Assembly (NCBI GenBank): GCA_947568605.1 | Contig: CANOPV010000001.1 | Coordinates: 1-28,684 of the forward strand | Direction of reading: 5' to 3' | Length of the DNA: 28,684 nucleotides | Source of the DNA: an uncultured Clostridium sp. | Lineage (GTDB): Bacteria > Bacillota > Clostridia > TANB77 > CAG-508 | In this document: positions 24,005 through 28,684 of the stretch, piece after piece | Layout of the letters: each line of letters starts with the position of its first letter | Position numbering within the stretch: the stretch's first letter is position 1 | The notes under the pieces: model-generated | Databases searched by the model: none | What the model was told of the DNA's origin: nothing | The model's input: only the letters and a program-made list of their open reading frames with translations | Made by a program: the position numbers and the translations under genes

Positions 24005-24130
24005 TAAATGGAATTAGATTATCAAACAAAAAGATAATCTTTTCTTTTGGCCTATTTTATTCTAGTAAAATCGTGATATAATGTAATTGATATGTAGGAT
24101 CCTAGAATAATATATTCGGTCATCTGTTGA

Positions 24131-24159
24131 TTGACTTTTGTAATGTATTACTGTATGAT
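24131..24159 (+). promoter_or_regulatory. Sigma-A promoter for 24204
   Basis: TTGACT, 17 bp, TATGAT. A second TGaTATAAT lies at 24074-24082. Confidence 0.55.
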
Positions 24160-24203
24160 AATACGTACTCTATCAAAACTTTAAGTATTAAGGAGTAGTA
24201 TGT

Positions 24204-24725
24204 ATGAAAAACGAACAGTATTTAGAACTTCGGAATCAGGTTTCAGAAATGAATAAGATTAACGATGAAATAAGTCTTATAAACTGGAATCGTGAAGACG
24301 GTCCCAAATTTTCATCTGTAGAAGAAATGAAAGAATTTGAACATAGATTAAAAAATAATGAATTTGATTATTTTTTTGAAGATAAAGATAATGCTGATAT
24401 ACTAGATACAAAAGATGTTATTGTTGAAAGTTTTTCTCATACACTAGAAGACATATCATTCTATATTTATACATACCAAAACAAAAGTAACTATAACTAT
24501 GTTACTTATCTATCATTAACTAATACAAAAGATAATGATATAATTGACAAATTATGTGGTAATACTACTTCTGATAAAGAATCCGCACATAATTATTTTG
24601 AAACATTAAAACAAGCAATAACAAATAATAATATAAATGATATTTTGGAAAACTTAACTTTAGGAGCACAAAAAACTATAGTATCATTAAAAAATAAATT
24701 ATCTAAACTAACTAGTGAAAGCTAG
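24204..24725 (+). CDS. Hypothetical protein (173 aa)
   Basis: Canonical SD aaggag. No motif recognised. Confidence 0.7.
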   Translation: MKNEQYLELRNQVSEMNKINDEISLINWNREDGPKFSSVEEMKEFEHRLKNNEFDYFFEDKDNADILDTKDVIVESFSHTLEDISFYIYTYQNKSNYNYVTYLSLTNTKDNDIIDKLCGNTTSDKESAHNYFETLKQAITNNNINDILENLTLGAQKTIVSLKNKLSKLTSES

Positions 24726-24753
24726 TTTTTTTGTTTATAAAGGGGGTTAAAAT

Positions 24754-25737
24754 ATAGATATAGGAAAATTAGTGAATGATCTAAAAGATTATTCTAAAAA
24801 TAATGAATTTGATAAGATTAAAGATATAACATTAAAATTTGAAAAAGATTTTCTTGATAATTGTAAAAGTGAATATGATTTTAAAAGTTTGATTGATGAT
24901 TTATCTTTATATAGTAATTATACAGTTTTAAATACATTATTGATAAAATATCAATATCCAGATTTTCTATCACTTGGAACAAAACAATCATATTTAGATC
25001 AAGGTGTTCAATTACTAGAAAATGCTACACCTATTGAAATACTAACACCAATCAGTGATGAATATGTATCTATAAAAGAAAATGATAAAGTGATAATTAA
25101 AAATATGAAAGATCTGACAAAACAAGAATTAAAAAGATATTTTGATAAAGAGAATAAAGATGTTGTGTTTCATCATAAAGATTTTAAAGGTCTTAATTCT
25201 ACTATACTCTTTGATGTAAAAGATACAACAATGAAGAAAATTGATTATGATACTGGGACGCTTCCGGCTCTTTTTTATTCTTCTTATGATGAAATTTACA
25301 ATAGTTTTATAAAGGCACTTTATGCTGACGGTTTTAAAGTAAAATATGTTAATATGAATAATAAATACTCTTTTGATAAGGATAGTAAAACAATTAGTTT
25401 AAAACAAGGTTTGAACAAAAGAACACACTTAATGATAGTGCTTGATATTTATACAAATAATATAGCTTCTAATGAAATGGAAAAAGATATGTTAGATATG
25501 GTTATTTCAAGAAGAATTGGAATAGATAAAGAAGATGTTTCTTTTGATAAGTTTCAATCTTGGTATAAGAATCAAGATATAAAAACAGTAGATAATCTAC
25601 TAAAAGTGATTGTTAATAAAGGAAGAAAATTTGCAAATAATTTTAATAAGTTTTATGAGATAGAATTTCAAAAGAATGAAAGCTTATATCCAGATGACGA
25701 GAAAGGTTTATATGATGACTTTTCTCTTTTTTCATAA
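24754..25737 (+). CDS. ArdC/LtrC-like ssDNA-binding protein with a degenerate metallopeptidase region (start ATA 24754 or GTG 24772)
   Basis: LSLYSNYTVLNTLLIKYQYPD...G..LLENATPIEILTP resembles the ArdC N-domain (YSFNN.LLI..Q.P...G..V..G...I.IL.P). No HExxH is present downstream. Confidence 0.55.
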   Translation: MDIGKLVNDLKDYSKNNEFDKIKDITLKFEKDFLDNCKSEYDFKSLIDDLSLYSNYTVLNTLLIKYQYPDFLSLGTKQSYLDQGVQLLENATPIEILTPISDEYVSIKENDKVIIKNMKDLTKQELKRYFDKENKDVVFHHKDFKGLNSTILFDVKDTTMKKIDYDTGTLPALFYSSYDEIYNSFIKALYADGFKVKYVNMNNKYSFDKDSKTISLKQGLNKRTHLMIVLDIYTNNIASNEMEKDMLDMVISRRIGIDKEDVSFDKFQSWYKNQDIKTVDNLLKVIVNKGRKFANNFNKFYEIEFQKNESLYPDDEKGLYDDFSLFS

Positions 25738-25738
25738 A

Positions 25739-25772
25739 GGGCGCTGACAAGAATTTTCTGGCGCGTTATAAT
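25739..25772 (+). promoter_or_regulatory. Element-specific bipartite promoter motif, copy 2 (gggcgctg-N14-gcgcgttataat)
   Basis: Perfect TATAAT. CTGACA lies at the -35 position (17 bp). Confidence 0.75.
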
Positions 25773-25793
25773 TCGTTTGTAAGGCGGTGTAAA

Positions 25794-26081
25794 ATGAAAA
25801 AGAATTGTTATGATGAATTATATAACATTCATAAAGAAAGGAAAATCAGGGCTTTTTATGTTGATCTATTATGTGAGATACTTCTACTTCGTTATGAGTT
25901 TTCTTATAAGGAAACAACAAAAAAAGATGTATTGAGTGAACTACCAAGTTTGAGAGAATTTAAAAGTACAGAAGTAGAAAAAATTTATAATGATAGTCTT
26001 AAGATATTAGAATTAAGATATAGAATTAAAGTTTTAGATGATAGTCCATTAAAATTTGTAAAAGAAAATGAAATATCATAA
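25794..26081 (+). CDS. Hypothetical protein (95 aa)
   Basis: SD aaggcgg. Directly downstream of motif copy 2. Confidence 0.7.
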   Translation: MKKNCYDELYNIHKERKIRAFYVDLLCEILLLRYEFSYKETTKKDVLSELPSLREFKSTEVEKIYNDSLKILELRYRIKVLDDSPLKFVKENEIS

Positions 26082-26126
26082 ATAATAAAATATAGGCAAA
26101 TACTTGCTAATTAGTGAATATACTAT

Positions 26127-26160
26127 AAAGAATAGACATAAAACTCTATTCTTTTCTTTT
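26127..26160 (+). terminator. Intrinsic terminator
   Basis: aaagaataga-cataaaac-tctattcttt plus a T-rich tail. Confidence 0.65.
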
Positions 26161-26193
26161 TTCTTTAAATAAGATTTAAAGGGGGTTGAAAAA

Positions 26194-26346
26194 ATGAAGA
26201 ATAAAAAGGTAACTTATAAGATTATAAATGAATTTAATGTTGATAAAGATAAAACAAAGGACGATTTAAAACTTTCTTTTAATAAGAAACTTTTAAAGGT
26301 AATACTTTCTATTGAAAAAAATGTATATGGGCGCTGTAATTCCTAA
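26194..26346 (+). CDS. Small basic protein (50 aa) upstream of the recombinase; candidate recombination directionality factor
   Basis: GGGGG SD. MKNKKVTYKIINEFNVDKDKTKDDLKLSFNKKLLKVILSIEKNVYGRCNS. The function is inferred from position only. Confidence 0.55.
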   Translation: MKNKKVTYKIINEFNVDKDKTKDDLKLSFNKKLLKVILSIEKNVYGRCNS

Positions 26347-26362
26347 ACGAGCGCGTTATAAT
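26329..26362 (+). promoter_or_regulatory. Element-specific bipartite promoter motif, copy 3, upstream of the recombinase
   Basis: gggcgctg-taattcctaaacga-gcgcgttataat, with boxes identical to copy 2. Confidence 0.75.
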
Positions 26363-26415
26363 ATTATTATGTTATCAATGAATTCTGTTAAATTAGTAAA
26401 GGAGCTAAATTTAAT

Positions 26416-28509
26416 ATGAAGAAAATAGTTGAAACAGTTGATATTATTATAAGGAGAGTGGTACTTTATTTAAGACTATCAAAAGAAGATGTTGATAAAC
26501 CTACCAAAGAAGCTATTAGTGAGAGTATTAAGAATCAAGAACTAATGCTTCGTGAAGAAGTGGCAAAACACCCAGATTGGGAAATTGTAGGTGTTTATTG
26601 TGATGAAGACTTTTCGGGAGCAGGAACATATAGGCCAGACTTTGAAAGAATGATTACTTCTTGTGAAAATGGCGAAGTTGATATTGTTTTATGTAAAAGT
26701 CAATCAAGATTTTCAAGAGATATGGAAGTCATCGAAAAATACTTACATAATAAATTTCTTATGTGGAATGTTAGATTCGTTAGTATTGTAGATAATGCTG
26801 ATACTGATAATAAAGGTAACAAAAAAGCAAGACAAATCAATGCACTTGTTAATGAGTGGTTTTTGGAAGATTTATCTGATAACATCAAAGCGACTTTTCG
26901 TACAAAATGGCAAAATGGCGAATGTACTGCTTCTTTCGCAAAATATGGGTTAATGAAAGATATAAAGAATAAAAATCATTTACTTATTGATCCTATTGCT
27001 AGTGAAGTTTTAAAACAAATTGCTGATATGCTTTTCGCAGGATATGGGCAAGATAAAATTGCAAAGACTTTGGAAGATAAGAAAATTCCTAGTCCTTATG
27101 AATATAAAGCGATGAATGGTTGTAAATTAAAACTTCCTATTTCAAAGAAAGAAGATAAATACTCTATTTCAAAAGCTGGTCAATATATTGTTAGAATTTC
27201 TTTATATAATGAGTATAAACAAATTTTAAGAAACATAAAATCTGTTTATGTATTTGGTACTGATAATCAAAAAGAATATAATTCAAAATTTCATATTAGA
27301 GTTAGATCCATAAGTGAAGATTTAAAGTTATACTATACCACTGATAATTTATCATCTAGTATAGATAACCTAGACTTTAATAATATTGATTTTTCTAGTG
27401 ATGTATGGCACGAACTAAAAACAAATGATATGATTCCAGATGATGTCTATTATATTGGAAGTGCAAATGTTGAATTAGATAGACTAATAGAAACTGGTTT
27501 TGAAATAGAAATAGAACTTGAAGAAAACAAAGGTCATAATACTTATAAAATGTTTACAAAATCAAAAGCAGATGATACCGATACACAATTTAATTTTGAA
27601 TATGAAATAAGAAGAAGATACAAATGGTCTGGACGTGTTATTTATAATATGTTAAGAGATCCTATTTATAATGGTACTTTAATACAAGGTAAAACTAGAA
27701 GAATAAGTTATAAAAATCACAAATGTATAAATGCAAAAAAAGAACACTGGGTTACAAGTGAAAGTGCTCTTGAAAAAATATTTGATGATGAAAAGTGGTT
27801 ATCTATTCAAACAAAATTAAATGAAGTTAGTAGATCAGGTGCAGACGGTGTTAAACATATCTTTTGTGGAAAAGTTTATTGTTCTGAATGTGGTAGTATA
27901 TTGCGTAAAAATAGTAGTTGTCAAAACAAAGATAGCGAAAAAGTAGAATATCTATTATGTAAGGATAAAGAGAACAAATGGGCAAATTGTGATAATAACA
28001 AGTCTATCAAATTAAATGTATTAGAAGATTATGTTTTATCAGCTATGAATGGCTTGTTAGATGAGTATTATGATAAAGATACATTAAAAGAACTTCACAA
28101 AGAAGTTATTGATAAAGATTTATTCAAAGATCAATTAGATAGTTTTAATAAAGAGAAAAACGACATTCAAAATCTTATAAAAAGAAAAAAAGAGATATTT
28201 CAACAACTTTATGAAGATCGTGCTACTGGAATTATTGATGATAATGATTTCACTTCCCTACGAGCAAAGTATAAGGAAGATGTAGATAAGTTAAGCGAGA
28301 GATTATCTACTATAGATAATGAATTAAAGTTAATTGAAATGAAACAAAACAAGTTAAAAGATAGAGATAGTCTTCTTTCAAAGTATAGACATTTCGATGT
28401 TCTTACACCAGAACTACTTGATGAATTTATAGATAAGATCAAGGTAGGAAAAATTGATGATGAAACAAATACTAGAGAAATTAGAATCGTTTGGAACTTC
28501 CAAACTTAA
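26416..28509 (+). CDS. Large serine recombinase (integrase) with a ~155-aa insertion in the recombinase domain
   Basis: YLRLS (Ser22), [22 protein letters not shown], recombinase-domain W and L.DPIY.G, Zn ribbon CSEC...C...C, coiled coil, ends EIRIVWNF. Confidence 0.95.
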   Translation: MKKIVETVDIIIRRVVLYLRLSKEDVDKPTKEAISESIKNQELMLREEVAKHPDWEIVGVYCDEDFSGAGTYRPDFERMITSCENGEVDIVLCKSQSRFSRDMEVIEKYLHNKFLMWNVRFVSIVDNADTDNKGNKKARQINALVNEWFLEDLSDNIKATFRTKWQNGECTASFAKYGLMKDIKNKNHLLIDPIASEVLKQIADMLFAGYGQDKIAKTLEDKKIPSPYEYKAMNGCKLKLPISKKEDKYSISKAGQYIVRISLYNEYKQILRNIKSVYVFGTDNQKEYNSKFHIRVRSISEDLKLYYTTDNLSSSIDNLDFNNIDFSSDVWHELKTNDMIPDDVYYIGSANVELDRLIETGFEIEIELEENKGHNTYKMFTKSKADDTDTQFNFEYEIRRRYKWSGRVIYNMLRDPIYNGTLIQGKTRRISYKNHKCINAKKEHWVTSESALEKIFDDEKWLSIQTKLNEVSRSGADGVKHIFCGKVYCSECGSILRKNSSCQNKDSEKVEYLLCKDKENKWANCDNNKSIKLNVLEDYVLSAMNGLLDEYYDKDTLKELHKEVIDKDLFKDQLDSFNKEKNDIQNLIKRKKEIFQQLYEDRATGIIDDNDFTSLRAKYKEDVDKLSERLSTIDNELKLIEMKQNKLKDRDSLLSKYRHFDVLTPELLDEFIDKIKVGKIDDETNTREIRIVWNFQT

Positions 28510-28512
28510 TAA

Positions 28513-28555
28513 ATTACTTATGTGTGGATAATGTCATCGGTGCAACTGGTGCCAC
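28513..28555. other. attR junction: element arm (28513-28540), TGC/GC core (28541-28543), host arm
   Basis: Inverted partner of 71-98, four bases after the integrase stop. Abrupt switch to GC-rich collagen codons. Confidence 0.85.
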
Positions 28556-28684
28556 TGGACCTCAAGGCTTACAGGGAGTACAAGGTCCTCAAGGTGAAGT
28601 AGGAGCGACTGGTGCACAGGGTGTACAAGGAATTCAAGGACCTACTGGTCCTCAAGGTGCGACTGGTGCTACTGGAAATCAAGG
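28542..28684 (+). pseudogene. 3' part of the interrupted collagen-like gene
   Basis: [48 protein letters not shown], a perfect Gly-X-Y run extending beyond the window. Confidence 0.88.

Larger units (their letters stand above)
70..28543. mobile_element. Integrative conjugative element (~28.5 kb) with serine recombinase, MOB_L relaxase and Gram-positive type IV secretion module
   Basis: Bounded by att-like inverted repeats inside a split collagen gene. Contains recognisable VirB4, VirD4, VirB6, VirB3, relaxase, M23 hydrolase and a terminal large serine recombinase. Confidence 0.93.

Noticed and set aside
23038-24725. Cognate restriction endonuclease for the methyltransferase
   Set aside because: The adjacent genes encode a lipoprotein and a TM protein. 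No PD-(D/E)xK or HNH motif was recognised, though the 173-aa ORF remains unassigned.
27121-27543. Integrase insertion as a mini-intein (Cys236 ... His-Asn-Thr at 374-376, 140 aa)
   Set aside because: The C...HN/T spacing and the SKFH and [10 protein letters not shown] segments are suggestive. However, block A does not fit, CKLKLP looks like native recombinase loop, and beta-strands continue past HN. An intein HMM search would settle it.
6285-28442. Short antisense or alternate-frame ORFs inside real genes (6285, 6674, 8420, 11249, 11564, 12651, 13443, 15394, 16759, 17078, 20200, 20804, 21953, 26700, 28209)
   Set aside because: They overlap well-supported genes, lack RBSs and show shadow-type composition.

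Overview
Almost the whole window (about 70-28543) is one apparently complete, AT-rich integrative conjugative element (ICE) of a low-GC Firmicute. It is inserted into a host collagen-like (Gly-X-Y) gene whose two halves form the first ~70 and last ~140 bases. The ends carry a 22/28-bp inverted repeat around a shared TGC (GC core), and precise excision would restore the collagen reading frame. Cargo and regulators at the left end are a tandem-domain surface protein, two XRE-type HTH proteins and an ArpU/RinA-like activator. The transfer region has a VirB2-like pilin, SSB, a thioester-domain/Cna-B adhesin plus sortase, VirB6, VirB3/PrgI, VirB4 and an M23 peptidase. These are followed by a hairpin-rich candidate oriT, two RHH auxiliary proteins, a MOB_L relaxase, VirD4, an orphan C5-cytosine methyltransferase and an ArdC-like protein. 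A 697-aa large serine recombinase with an unusual ~155-aa inserted domain closes the element. Hand reading also shows four patterns absent from the ORF track: (i) a thrice-repeated GC-rich bipartite promoter motif, (ii) an element-wide AAGGGGGT(T) ribosome-binding signature that in four cases is followed only by ATA/ATT as an in-frame start, (iii) several terminators inside the transfer operon, and (iv) a shared C-terminal E-K/N-x-hydrophobic-K/T-M tail on unrelated proteins. All family assignments come from motif recognition by eye; no database search was run.
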